Assembly: GCA_963764725.1 (NCBI GenBank)
Contig: CAVXTM010000018.1
Location: 576,001 to 640,000 of the forward strand
From: an uncultured Gammaproteobacteria bacterium
Lineage (GTDB): Bacteria > Pseudomonadota > Gammaproteobacteria > JACCXJ01
Length of the DNA: 64,000 nucleotides
Direction of reading: 5' to 3'
In this document: positions 11,236 to 20,883 of the stretch, piece after piece
How positions within the stretch are numbered: position 1 is the first letter of the stretch
Layout of the letters: each line of letters opens with the position of its first letter
Program-made: the position numbers and the translations under genes
The notes under the pieces: model-generated
Database searches by the model: none
The model's input: only the letters and a program-made list of their open reading frames with translations
What the model was told of the DNA's origin: nothing

Positions 11236-13668
11236 GTGCCCCACCACTTCAAGTACGTCCGATTCTTCAGTGAGCTTGACCTTGACGACGTGCCACTGGT
11301 CGGCGGGAAGAATGCCTCGCTCGCGGAGTTGTATCGCGCGCTGAGGCCGCAGGGCTTTCGGGTACCGAACGGCTTCGCGATCACCGCCGAAGCCTACCGC
11401 TACGTGCTGGATCGAGCCAATGCCTGGGGCCCGCTGCGCGAGGCGCTGGATGGCCTAAGCCCAAACGATGTGACCGATCTCGCCCGCCGCGGGGCGCGTG
11501 CGCGCGAGATCGTATACGGCGCGTCGCTACCCGCAGACTTAGAGGGGGAACTACTTCACGCGTACGCCCTGTTGCGAGAGGAATACGGGCCCGAGCTCAG
11601 CGTCGCGGTGCGCAGCTCCGCGACGGCGGAAGACCTGCCGGGCGCGAGTTTCGCCGGGCAGCACGATACCTACCTCAATATCCATGGCCAAAGCCGCTTG
11701 GTGGACGCCTGTAAGCGCTGCTTTGCCAGTTTGTTTACCGATCGCGCGATTCACTATCGCATCGACCAGGGCTTCGACCACTTCAAGGTCTTGCTTTCGG
11801 TGGGAATCATGAAGATGGTGCGTTCCGATCTCGGTGCGGCGGGCGTGATGTTTTCTTTGGACACGGAAACGGGTTTCCGTGACGTTGTGTTCGTCACCGG
11901 CGCTTACGGGCTGGGGGAGAATGTCGTGCAAGGGACGGTAGACCCCGATGAGTTCTATGTATTTAAACCGACCTTCACGATCGGAAAACGTGTGGTCTTG
12001 CGCCGCGCGCTCGGCAGCAAGAAAATAAAGATGGTGTATGCCGCTGGCGGCACGCGCGAGGCGACGCGCAACATACCCACGTCTTTGAACGAGCGCGACC
12101 GTTTTTGCATTACCGATCAGGACGTGCTCACCCTCGCCGATGGCGCCATCAAGATCGAGGAGCATTACAGCGCCAAAGCCGGTGTGCCGCGTCCCATGGA
12201 CATGGAATGGGCGAAAGACGGCATTGACGGTGAGATCTATATGGTGCAAGCACGCCCGGAAACGGTCGCTTCCCAAAAGAAGCCCGGGATCTTGGAGGAG
12301 TACACGCTCAAGGGTTCCGGCAAGGTGCTCGCAAAAGGCCGCGCGGTCGGGGCCAAGATCGGTTCGGGAAAGGCCCGCGTGATCCATAACCTCGCACAAC
12401 TCTCCGAGTTCCGGCCGGACGAGGTCTTAGTGGCCGACATTACAACCCCCGATTGGGGCACGGTTATGAAAACAGCCGCCGCCATCGTCACCAATCGTGG
12501 CGGGCGCACCTGTCACGCCGCCATCGTCGCGCGCGAACTAGGGATCCCTGCCATCGTCGGCAGCGACTCGGCCACGCAGGTAATCGCCTCGGGGGCGGAG
12601 ATTACCGTCTCCTGCGGGCAGGGCGATGTGGGGATCGTCTACGACGGCGCCGTGCCGTTCGAAGTTCGGCAAACCGATCTCGACACCCTGGCCCGGCCCC
12701 AGACCCGCATCATGATCAACGTCGGCAATCCCGACATCGCTTTTCGCACCAGTTTCCTTCCCAACGATGGGGTCGGTCTGGCGCGCATGGAATTCATCAT
12801 CACCGAATCGATTAAGGCGCACCCGATGGCCCTGCTGCACCCGGACAAGGTCGAAGATCCGAGCGAGCGGGAAGCGCTGGAGAGACTCGCAGCTCAGCAC
12901 ACGAGCCCCGCCGAGTTTTTTATCCAGCGGCTCGCCGAAGGCGTGGGCACGATCGCTGCGGCCTTCTATCCCAAGCCAGTCGTGGTACGCATGTCCGACT
13001 TCAAGACTAACGAGTATGCGAGCCTCCTGGGTGGCCGCTGGTTCGAGCCGGTCGAGGCTAATCCAATGCTCGGTTTCCGCGGCGCGTCGCGCTATACGCA
13101 CCCGGCCTACGCCGAAGGTTTTGCGTTGGAATGCGCGGCGATGAAACGGGTGCGTGACGACATGGGGTTCACCAACGTGACGCTCATGATCCCGTTTTGC
13201 CGGCGCGTCGAGGAAGGCGAAAAAGTGGTGCAACGCATGGCTGAGCTCGGATTGAGACGCGGCGAGAACGGGCTTGAAATCTATGTCATGTGCGAGATCC
13301 CGAACAATGTACTGCTCATCGATCAATTCAGCCGGCACTTCGACGGCTTCTCGATCGGTTCCAACGATCTCACCCAGCTCACTCTAGGCGTGGATCGGGA
13401 CTCGGAGCTGGTCGCGTTTGACTATGAGGAACGCGATGAGGGCGTGAAGGAGATGATCCGTCTCGCGATAGAAGGCTGTAAGCGCAATGGCCGCCACTCG
13501 GGGATCTGCGGTCAGGCGCCCAGCGACTACCCGGAAATGGCGGAATACCTGGTACGTTTGGGGATCGACTCGATGAGCCTCAACCCCGATACCGTGTTCC
13601 AGACCACGCTTCGCGTGTTGGATTTGGAAAAACAATTGGGACGCGAGCCGGAGAAGAAAAATGCGTAA
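11236..13668 (+). CDS. ppsA: Phosphoenolpyruvate synthase
   Basis: VGGKNASL, AVRSSATAEDL, GGRTCHAAIVAREL, FSIGSNDLTQ. Confidence 0.96.
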   Translation: MPHHFKYVRFFSELDLDDVPLVGGKNASLAELYRALRPQGFRVPNGFAITAEAYRYVLDRANAWGPLREALDGLSPNDVTDLARRGARAREIVYGASLPADLEGELLHAYALLREEYGPELSVAVRSSATAEDLPGASFAGQHDTYLNIHGQSRLVDACKRCFASLFTDRAIHYRIDQGFDHFKVLLSVGIMKMVRSDLGAAGVMFSLDTETGFRDVVFVTGAYGLGENVVQGTVDPDEFYVFKPTFTIGKRVVLRRALGSKKIKMVYAAGGTREATRNIPTSLNERDRFCITDQDVLTLADGAIKIEEHYSAKAGVPRPMDMEWAKDGIDGEIYMVQARPETVASQKKPGILEEYTLKGSGKVLAKGRAVGAKIGSGKARVIHNLAQLSEFRPDEVLVADITTPDWGTVMKTAAAIVTNRGGRTCHAAIVARELGIPAIVGSDSATQVIASGAEITVSCGQGDVGIVYDGAVPFEVRQTDLDTLARPQTRIMINVGNPDIAFRTSFLPNDGVGLARMEFIITESIKAHPMALLHPDKVEDPSEREALERLAAQHTSPAEFFIQRLAEGVGTIAAAFYPKPVVVRMSDFKTNEYASLLGGRWFEPVEANPMLGFRGASRYTHPAYAEGFALECAAMKRVRDDMGFTNVTLMIPFCRRVEEGEKVVQRMAELGLRRGENGLEIYVMCEIPNNVLLIDQFSRHFDGFSIGSNDLTQLTLGVDRDSELVAFDYEERDEGVKEMIRLAIEGCKRNGRHSGICGQAPSDYPEMAEYLVRLGIDSMSLNPDTVFQTTLRVLDLEKQLGREPEKKNA

Positions 13669-13771
13669 CCGAGAAGAAAACAGGATTAGATAGAAATAAA
13701 CTGAGCAGAGCCTTCAGCGCCTGTTTATAAGCCGTGCACCGTACTTACATCTGTAGAGGGGGACGATCATT

Positions 13772-14200
13772 GTGTCAAGACTTTGGGTAGTGGCCGCAGA
13801 CAGCCGTCGGGCCAGGATTTTTGAAACGGATACTCCCATGGGGAGCTTGCAGGAGATCGAGGATCTCCTTCATCCGGCCGCGCGCACCCATGCGCGAGAT
13901 CTGACCTCCGACCGGCCGGGTCGCAGCTTCGACAGCGCCGGCCAAGGCCGCCATGCGATGGAGCCCGAGACAGATGCGAAGCGCCATGAGGCCGAGGTCT
14001 TTGCTAGGCAGGTTGCCGAACGGATCGAGCGTGCACGCATGGAGGGTGAGTTCGATAAGCTTGTCCTCATTGCAGCTCCTGAGTTCCTCGGGCTGCTGCG
14101 CAAGAGCTTGAGCCCGACGACGAGCGGGCTCGTTGCTAAGGCGGTGGATAAAAGCGTCGCTGGTCTTAACGCAACGGCGATCCGAGAGTACCTTTTGTGA
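13772..14200 (+). CDS. Host attachment (AtsE/baeRF-like) protein
   Basis: WVVAADSRRARIF, DRPGRSF, LIAAPEFLGLLR. Confidence 0.88.
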   Translation: MSRLWVVAADSRRARIFETDTPMGSLQEIEDLLHPAARTHARDLTSDRPGRSFDSAGQGRHAMEPETDAKRHEAEVFARQVAERIERARMEGEFDKLVLIAAPEFLGLLRKSLSPTTSGLVAKAVDKSVAGLNATAIREYLL

Positions 14201-14833
14201 GAACAGTGGTGCTGGAGCGATAAATTCACGTGCCCCCGCGCGTATTGAGGCCGGCAAAGCCAAGGCACGGGAGGCTCGACTTGCGGGAAATCGAGCAGCC
14301 TACCAATTAACCCTCAACCAGCCATCCACCGCACGCACAGAGTTGCAGCGCGTAGAGGACTATCTTAACAAGGCGATGGCTCAAACGAGTGGACCCGATA
14401 AGAGAATGCACGATCTGAATCCGTAGACGGTATGATGGCCGACATTGATAAGAAGCAATCAAAGACGGATCGGCCTGCCACCGAAGCGCGTTATCAAGCG
14501 TTGGAAACCGAATAGAGAATTTGCTCAAATAGGCTATAGACGACGGTTAAGGTATAAAAAAGCCTCGTCTCGCTCCTGCAGGCGGGGAGTCCAGGAGCTG
14601 CGAACCGCTCGCTAAATGTTGATGTTCACTATGGCTTCGGCTATACATATCAACTGGGAGAATTAATCGCCCTTCTGTTCTCAGTGACGCCGTAGCAATA
14701 TGGCCCAGCAAGTATGGGCCCCGCCGATGCCAGGTATAGTGCGTCCATCGCTGGTCACACACTGCCATCGGGTCTTACAGAAGGCGATGTGGACCACGCC
14801 TGGTTTGACCGTACAGTTACCAGGAGGAAAAAG

Positions 14834-15235
14834 ATGAATCGAGAGGTTTCTGCTTGGAGCTTGGTGCTCGCACTCGCGTTGGCCTTTCTGATGGGAGGCT
14901 GTGCGGCGATGCGGCAGGACGAGGCGCGGAATACAGACGCTCTGCTCGCCGAGGCGGGATTCAAGGTGCGGCCGGCCGACACCCCTGAAAAGCTAGCTCA
15001 TCTCAAGGCCATGCAGCCGCTCAAGGTGTCAGTGCGGACGAAGGACGGCCAGGTTATCTACAGCTATGCCGATCCCTATAACTGCCAATGTGTCTATGTC
15101 GGTGGGCCTGAAGAGTTCGCACAGTTCAAACGCCTTGCCCTAAGGCAACAGGTGGCAGCCGAGAGGCTATACGATGCGGAGATGGCGAACGATGCGGCGA
15201 TGGACTGGGGCATGTGGGGGCCGTACTGGTGGTAA
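14834..15235 (+). CDS. Lipoprotein of unknown function
   Basis: AGGAGG RBS, hydrophobic signal ending MGGC, CQC motif. Confidence 0.82.
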   Translation: MNREVSAWSLVLALALAFLMGGCAAMRQDEARNTDALLAEAGFKVRPADTPEKLAHLKAMQPLKVSVRTKDGQVIYSYADPYNCQCVYVGGPEEFAQFKRLALRQQVAAERLYDAEMANDAAMDWGMWGPYWW

Positions 15236-15734
15236 ACGCAATCGCCTGACTCGGCTAATACCACCCGCGCATGCGGAGCCGTCCGCGGCGCCGAGGTACC
15301 GAGCCGTCGTCTCGCTCGCCCTCGCGCTGACGGCATGCAAGCACGGTGGTTGACAAAATACCTCGAGCAGAGTTGTGCGCTGCCGCAGCTGTTGGGTAGT
15401 GTCCTAATTTGCCGTGGATAAGTTATTATGCTGACCGACCGGATTTATAATCAGCAACGATAGCTGCGCGGACCGCAGCTTGGGCGGAATCTTCAAGACC
15501 GCATAGAAACGCTTCTTGTCTGAGCCTTCAATCGTGGAGGACCAGGAATAGCATGTAGAAGCTTGTTTATCGCCTTCAATCCCCGAGGACGTGGACAACA
15601 CCATCCCAGACAACCTGACCGCCGTATTCTTCTCTAACTTGGACAGTATCGCGAAATATAGCGGAGCAGTTATGGAGATTTTCCGTAGCTAATCGAAGCT
15701 CTTCAGCTTGGGCGGAAAACACGATAGTCTAATT

Positions 15735-16493
15735 TTAAAAATCCTTAGCAGTCTTGGATGGATCTAGAATCATCATGCGCAGACGTATATATGCTTCAAG
15801 GAACTTGTATTGATCATACGACGGCGTATCACTAAACTGCAATAGTATAGCTCCATCTGGACCAGTGATACGCTCAACTAGCGGCCTCCTATCAGGAAAT
15901 GTTTTTCTATCTTCTTGATCTTTAAAAGATCCGCTTTCAGGTTCCACGAATAACTCACCCTCTTCTTCCGCTTCTTCTAGGGCTCCTATTTTAGCAGAAT
16001 TGTCAAGGTTTGCAAATTTAAGGGTGCTCTTATAATCGTCTAAAAATCCCTTAACCGCGCCTTCATTAAATCCACGTTCCAAGACCATATACGCGCACAC
16101 CTCTTTGTCTGGCGGCATATTTGGCCCCCACTTTTCCCACAGTTCTTTGTATATCTTTGGGTTTAGTGCCGAGTCTTTGATGGCCTTTTTCCATTCAGGC
16201 GAGTCTTCATGATCAACAAGGATTCGCATGGCGCGCTGACTCAATCGAATTTTCCGGTCGTCTCCGCTACCTATGGCATCGACAAGGCCGAAGCTGGAAA
16301 GCGCGGCCACCATTTTCATACCGTTGCTGCTGGAAGACTTATAACCCCAATGTTCCAAAACAAACTTTATTGTAACTGGGTGCTGCCCCCCGAATTCCTT
16401 AAACTGTTTTGCTCGTCCGATCGCTTCTTTGAGATCGGCCGCCGGGTATGAAGGACTCCGTATGCGAGCCTTCTTGTGATTATCTGATCCCAT
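15735..16493 (-). CDS. Hypothetical low-GC protein, possible winged-helix N-terminus
   Basis: 252-aa ORF; RSPSYP...AALSSFGLV...IRLSQRA pattern. Confidence 0.75.
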   Translation of the reverse strand: MGSDNHKKARIRSPSYPAADLKEAIGRAKQFKEFGGQHPVTIKFVLEHWGYKSSSSNGMKMVAALSSFGLVDAIGSGDDRKIRLSQRAMRILVDHEDSPEWKKAIKDSALNPKIYKELWEKWGPNMPPDKEVCAYMVLERGFNEGAVKGFLDDYKSTLKFANLDNSAKIGALEEAEEEGELFVEPESGSFKDQEDRKTFPDRRPLVERITGPDGAILLQFSDTPSYDQYKFLEAYIRLRMMILDPSKTAKDF

Positions 16494-16524
16494 ATATCAC
16501 CGCTAGCAATGATTAGTGTCATTT

Positions 16525-16553
16525 ATACTAGCCTAGATGGCGTCTACGGTCAA
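16525..16553 (-). promoter_or_regulatory. Sigma70-like promoter
   Basis: TTGACC-N17-TAGTAT about 30 nt upstream of the 16493 start. Confidence 0.5.
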
Positions 16554-16763
16554 GCGAATAGAGACGCTAGCAGTGAAGCTATAATGTGACAGACTAGCAC
16601 ACGTACGATAAAATGGGCATACTAGAGGAAGACGAGGTGATCTATGACCAGAAGAGTAGTGGCCCCTAGTGCTCTAGCCTACCGAGGCTAGGGGCCAAAA
16701 TGACAAGGCCCATCAAGTGTTTGCAGCGGTTCGACCTTCACTTGATGAGCCGTGGTAGACGAT

Positions 16764-16834
16764 GGGGCGGGCTTGGTGCGGTCCGGGCCTTTACATTCCG
16801 AAGACCAAGGGTTCAATTCCCTTCCGCTCCACCA
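16764..16834 (+). ncRNA. tRNA-like RNA / atypical tRNA (71 nt)
   Basis: Acceptor stem GGGGCGG/CCGCTCC with G3:U70, ACCA end, T arm AAGGG-TTCAATT-CCCTT; D stem degenerate. Confidence 0.65.
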
Positions 16835-17124
16835 CTTTACGTTTGCAGTATAGCAAAATAGGAAAGATTAATCTATGAATAACTTAAGGACAGAAAAGCA
16901 GGCGGCGCGAGCCCTTTAAGAAGCTCCAAGAGCAGCAAGCTCTTGCAGTAGCGTTGGATCCTCAGTGCTAGCTTAGACATGACCTACCCTCTGCGTCGAT
17001 GGTGCTCGTGAACCGCCGACATTTTTGCGGGATCCTAAACGCCTTGACCCGACCGAGATCAGCGCAACTTCCGAAACACCCGCAATCGCTCACGGCCACG
17101 ACCCGTTTGGCAACCGGGATCATT

Positions 17125-17343
17125 TTATTTACCCGGCCGAATCAGCCCGCCGAGGCCCGCCTGTTCGAGCTCGCTGTTCAGCATCTGGCGGATATCCCGG
17201 GCGTTGTCCATCTGCAGCGCCTCCCGGAGAACCGCTTTCGCCTGCCTGCGGGTAATACTGCGGATCGCCCATTTAATCCGTGGGATACTCCCTGCGCTCA
17301 TACTGAACGTATCAATGCCCATCCCGAGCAGCAAGATCATGAT
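17125..17343 (-). pseudogene. ptsP: C-terminal fragment of PEP-protein phosphotransferase (Enzyme I-Ntr)
   Basis: LLLGMGIDTFSMSAGSIPRIKWAIR...AGLGGLIRPGK*. Confidence 0.75.
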
Positions 17344-17437
17344 AATTAGAATTCGCGACAGACACCTCGCCCGGCGAGGTCCTCGATATCGCTTGAAGCT
17401 GAGCGTGCACGAATGCCTGCCAATTTGCAGAGTCCCC

Positions 17438-17737
17438 TTAGCTACCAATGCGCTTATCCCAATAACCTGGACGTCGCTTCTGATGAGCCACGGCTACGAT
17501 CAGAATTCCATCGGGTTCTTCGGAATAGATCAGCGAGAACGGAAATCGACGAAGTAACGCTCGTCTTATCCCAGGGCCTATTGCTTGACCAAGCTTTGGG
17601 TACTCCCGCAAAGCGTCAACAACGCGCTGTACGTCGTCGAGGAACTCGAAACCCAGACCCGCTGACTCTAACTCGTAAAAAAGGGATGCCTCGGCCATTT
17701 CTTCCTCCGCCGGAGGAAGATACCGATACCCGATCAT
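17438..17737 (-). CDS. RelE/ParE-family toxin
   Basis: GLGFEFLDDV...RRALLRRFPFSLIY...VAVAHQKRRPGYW. Confidence 0.9.
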   Translation of the reverse strand: MIGYRYLPPAEEEMAEASLFYELESAGLGFEFLDDVQRVVDALREYPKLGQAIGPGIRRALLRRFPFSLIYSEEPDGILIVAVAHQKRRPGYWDKRIGS

Positions 17738-17964
17738 CTGAGGCGGCTACGAACCCTATGCATTACCTCGTCACCGGGGAGGGCCTGAAGTTCACCCCTT
17801 ATGAAGGCGTTGTAACGCCGTTGAGCTTCTTCAATCCACAGTTCTTCGGCGTCGGCGTCAACCGAGGTATCTAGCTCATCAATGAGAATGCGTGCAAGTG
17901 CCGCTTTCTCTTTCGGGCTCAACGCTCGGGCTTGCTTTTCCAGCTCTTCAAAGGTAGTACCCAT
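17734..17964 (-). CDS. Addiction-module antitoxin
   Basis: LSPKEKAALA...WIEEAQRR; ATGA overlap with the toxin. Confidence 0.88.
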   Translation of the reverse strand: MGTTFEELEKQARALSPKEKAALARILIDELDTSVDADAEELWIEEAQRRYNAFIRGELQALPGDEVMHRVRSRLR

Positions 17965-17974
17965 GATTCAAATT

Positions 17975-18264
17975 ATATCCGTAGCCCTCTGGTCCGCAAA
18001 ACCGATGTGGTACGAGCCGAAACAAGGCGTTACGAGGCGATATTTAACGATATTGCGGACCGGTCTTCGATAGATAAGGCGCCTCGCCGCCCAAACACCT
18101 ACATCATCAGACGTGGCGATACGTTGAGCGCCATCGCCACTCGCGTTTACGGGGACGGATCTCAGTGGTCGATCATCGGCGAGGCGAACCCGGACCTGGA
18201 TCCCAAGCGCTTACCGGTCGGCCACGCGCTCATGCTGCCCAATCGCCCCGCCCGCTCGCCATAG
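17975..18264 (+). pseudogene. LysM-domain protein C-terminal fragment
   Basis: YIIRRGDTLSAIATRVYGDGSQWSIIGEANP; no credible start. Confidence 0.7.
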
Positions 18265-18308
18265 GTCGCTCACGAGTTAAGCCCTCGGTAAAGCGTTTCC
18301 GCCACACC

Positions 18309-19466
18309 TCAGCGCACCACGAGCACCGGGCAGTGCGCGTGGGTCAGGACCTGCTTAGACACCGAGCCTACCAACAGGCGTTCGAAGAAACTCCTGCCGC
18401 GGTGACCCACCACGATGAGATCCACACCATTTTGCTCGGCCCGGTAAACGATCTGGTTGGCCGGGTGACCGGCGACGATCTCAAAGCGCGGGATTAGTCC
18501 CTGGGAGGCGGCTTGCGTTTTGAGGGCGTCGAAAAGCTCTTGGTAATGTGCCTCGGCGTTTTCCAGGATAGCCTCGGTCTCGACGTCTTCGGGAGGTTCG
18601 GGCGGACGCGCCACGGCGAGCACGCACCACGCGCGGCGATGACCGCCGCGACCAGAAACGAATATTGCGCCTGGTCGATGACCTGGTGACCCAAGCCGTA
18701 GAGCGCGGAAATGGTGCCGAACGTCAACCCCGCGGACATCACGAGCGTGGTAGACGTTGCCTCCTGAGCGGGGGCGCGGTAGAGATTTGCCCCGGGGCGT
18801 CTCGATCCTCTGCGCGTGCCCGTAGGACAGTGCGCTGTGGCGCGAGGCATTGGCGTGGATCTTCGTCCCATCCAGCGCAATCGTCCCGAGCTTCAGCAGC
18901 TTCATTTGCTTGGCGATGCGCAGGACCTCGACGAACAGCCGCTCGATTTCGGGCAGGAACCGCTTGCGGAATGCGCACAGCGTGTCGTGATCGGGATGGG
19001 TATTGGCGGCGATGTAGCGAAACGCGACCGAGTCATGGGAGGCCTGCTCGATGCGCCGGCTACCGAAGGTGCCGGTGGCATAGCCGTAGATCAGCAGCGC
19101 CAACAACACCCCCGGGTGATACGCCGCCGAGCCTGCGCCGCGATACTGGCGGATCAGCGCCGACAGGTCCAACTGCTCGACAATGTCCACCACAAAGCGC
19201 GCCAGATGGTCCTTGGGCAACCATTCATCCATCGATGGCGGCAGAAGATACTGGGTATCGCGATCACTTTGACGGAAGTGGCTCATCGATTTTCGCTCAT
19301 CGAGACGTTTGTCGATCTGATCGATCCGAATATCAAAAGTTCAACGTTAAGTCCGACAGGCTGCTAGGAGATCGGCGCCGTATCGCTTTGCCAAGTCCAG
19401 GGCGAAGCGGTAGGCCTTGTCCGCTGGCGCCGAACCGTCGTAGGCGGCGAGGATTTTGTTGATCAT
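18309..19466 (-). pseudogene. Universal stress protein gene interrupted by an IS
   Basis: N-terminus MINKILAAYDGS...YGADLL stops at CTAG (19364-19367); C-terminus VLAVARPPEPP...GSVSKQVLTHAHCPVLVVR resumes near 18625. Confidence 0.82.
18800..19367 (-). mobile_element. IS1182-family element, one end plus truncated transposase
   Basis: ORF from 19286: LLPPSMDEWLPKDHLARF...PDHDTL...LDGTKIHANAS; terminal CTAGCAGCCTGTCGGACTT. Confidence 0.87.
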
Positions 19467-19479
19467 GGAATTACTCCTC

Positions 19480-19719
19480 TCAGCTCGATTTTGAAGAAGA
19501 ATTGACCTTAGGGTCTGTCATCGAGGGCTGCTCGGTGGGCGGTGCTGGGGATGCGGCAGGCTGCGCTAAGAGGTGGTAGGGCAAGAAAAAGGCGTTGGCG
19601 ATGAGCGTCGGCACCACCGCGGAAAGCGCTGTGGCAATGCGCAGCCACACCGAGAACAGCGCGGCGATCAACGCCAAGCCCAACCACACGGCAGCAAGCA
19701 TCCAAGTTTCGGTCATCAC
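19480..19719 (-). pseudogene. Cation:proton antiporter with large internal deletion
   Basis: N-terminal helix joined directly to C-terminal AVVPTLIANAFFLP; a missing piece (GLTFGTISALYGL...FLVAAVIA) sits near 18635-18755. Confidence 0.65.
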
Positions 19720-20015
19720 TGCCTTCCTACGGGTAAGCGTGCGGACCAGTGGAACCGATAGACAGAAAGAAACGTATTTTCATCGTCACCTTCAAGAGGT
19801 CGCTTGGCGCCCAGCTGGGCCCTGCGGCCGAAAAAAGAATCGCAATCACGTTTTCTAATACGGCCGCGGTCCGGACATGACGAAACGAAGGCCTCCTTTG
19901 AATCTCTACCAACGGTAATCCATCGGGCCCGGTAAGCAGGGAGTGGGCTAGGCGCTAGCTCGAATGTGTGAGGAGGCTTTTCGTCTGCCCACACCTTCCC
20001 TGCTTCCGGGAACAT

Positions 20016-20068
20016 GTAGGCATCATCAGCCGTAACGGCGGTTATTTTTCAGGAGGCATGCCATCTCC
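20016..20068 (-). promoter_or_regulatory. Fluoride (crcB) riboswitch
   Basis: GGAGATGGCATGCCTCC...AACCGCC-GTTAC-GGCTGATGATGCCTAC fits the fluoride aptamer consensus; upstream of antiporter/USP genes. Confidence 0.88.
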
Positions 20069-20306
20069 TGTAATGCTTTCGCACGGAAAGTATAGGAGCA
20101 CCCAAGAAAGCGCGCAATGAAAAATCCCGAAAGCCTACGCCGGCCGGGTGTTCATCGCGCCCCGTCCATGGTCTAAATCTCCAATCCGCTCGATCCGTTG
20201 CTGGTCTGAGGCAACGAAGCCTTGGCCAGCAGAAAACGCCGGCGCGCGGTCCGGCGTTTGGTACGATATGAGGGATTCCAGCAGTACGTAGGATGAAATT
20301 CGACCC

Positions 20307-20573
20307 TCACGTCTCATCGGTTCTTGGATTGCAATCGAGATGTTGGCGAGGCGTAAGCGGCGCGCCACATCCAAAACCGTCACCACCGCTTGATGTGTGG
20401 ATCGCCTTCTCGCGATTACTCTCCTCGTTGGTCGGTGCCTCGGGTAAGGTTAACGACAGTTGAGATTTCGCCACAAAGGTCGTCAACGCCATGAAGAAGA
20501 TGACGAGAAACAGCAGTACATCAATTAACGAGATGAGATTGATTTCAACGCCATCTTGGCGCAGACGTTTCAA
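20307..20573 (-). pseudogene. exbD: ExbD/TolR biopolymer transporter, internally deleted
   Basis: EINLISLIDVLLFLVIFFM...LPEA then, in another frame, HQAVVTVLDVARRL. Confidence 0.75.
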
Positions 20574-20632
20574 CTGCCCACTTGAGTGCGCATCGCCTTC
20601 GGCTTCGGTGGGCCGGTGAGGCCGCCCTTCGT

Positions 20633-20646
20633 TTGACCCAGATCAA
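20633..20646. promoter_or_regulatory. FNR-like site
   Basis: TTGAC-CCAG-ATCAA, one mismatch. Confidence 0.5.
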
Positions 20647-20700
20647 CTTCGCGTGCGGCGTTTTGAGTATGATTTGAAATAATGCTGAGGCCGACTATGC

Positions 20701-20829
20701 CAGGTCCTCGACCGCTGCGCAAAGGCATTGCTCGTCAAGGAAACGCTTGACGAGGCGGCCATCGCCGAGCTGACCCGCGATCTCGGCCGATCGCCCGCCG
20801 CGGCGGTGCGGGAGGCGCGACTGGGGTAG
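20701..20829 (+). pseudogene. FtsH-like extreme C-terminal fragment
   Basis: QVLDRCAKALLVKETLDEAAI. Confidence 0.5.
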
Positions 20830-20883
20830 ACCTTTGGCGATTTCCTGGAAATTGTTCGAGACGAGGTAAACGGGAGGATATAC

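Noticed and set aside
15258-15351. Imperfect inverted repeat after the lipoprotein gene
   Set aside because: Single copy, weak pairing, no class assignable.
18309-19286. 325-aa transposase-USP fusion ORF
   Set aside because: Chance in-frame join of IS, antiporter and USP fragments.
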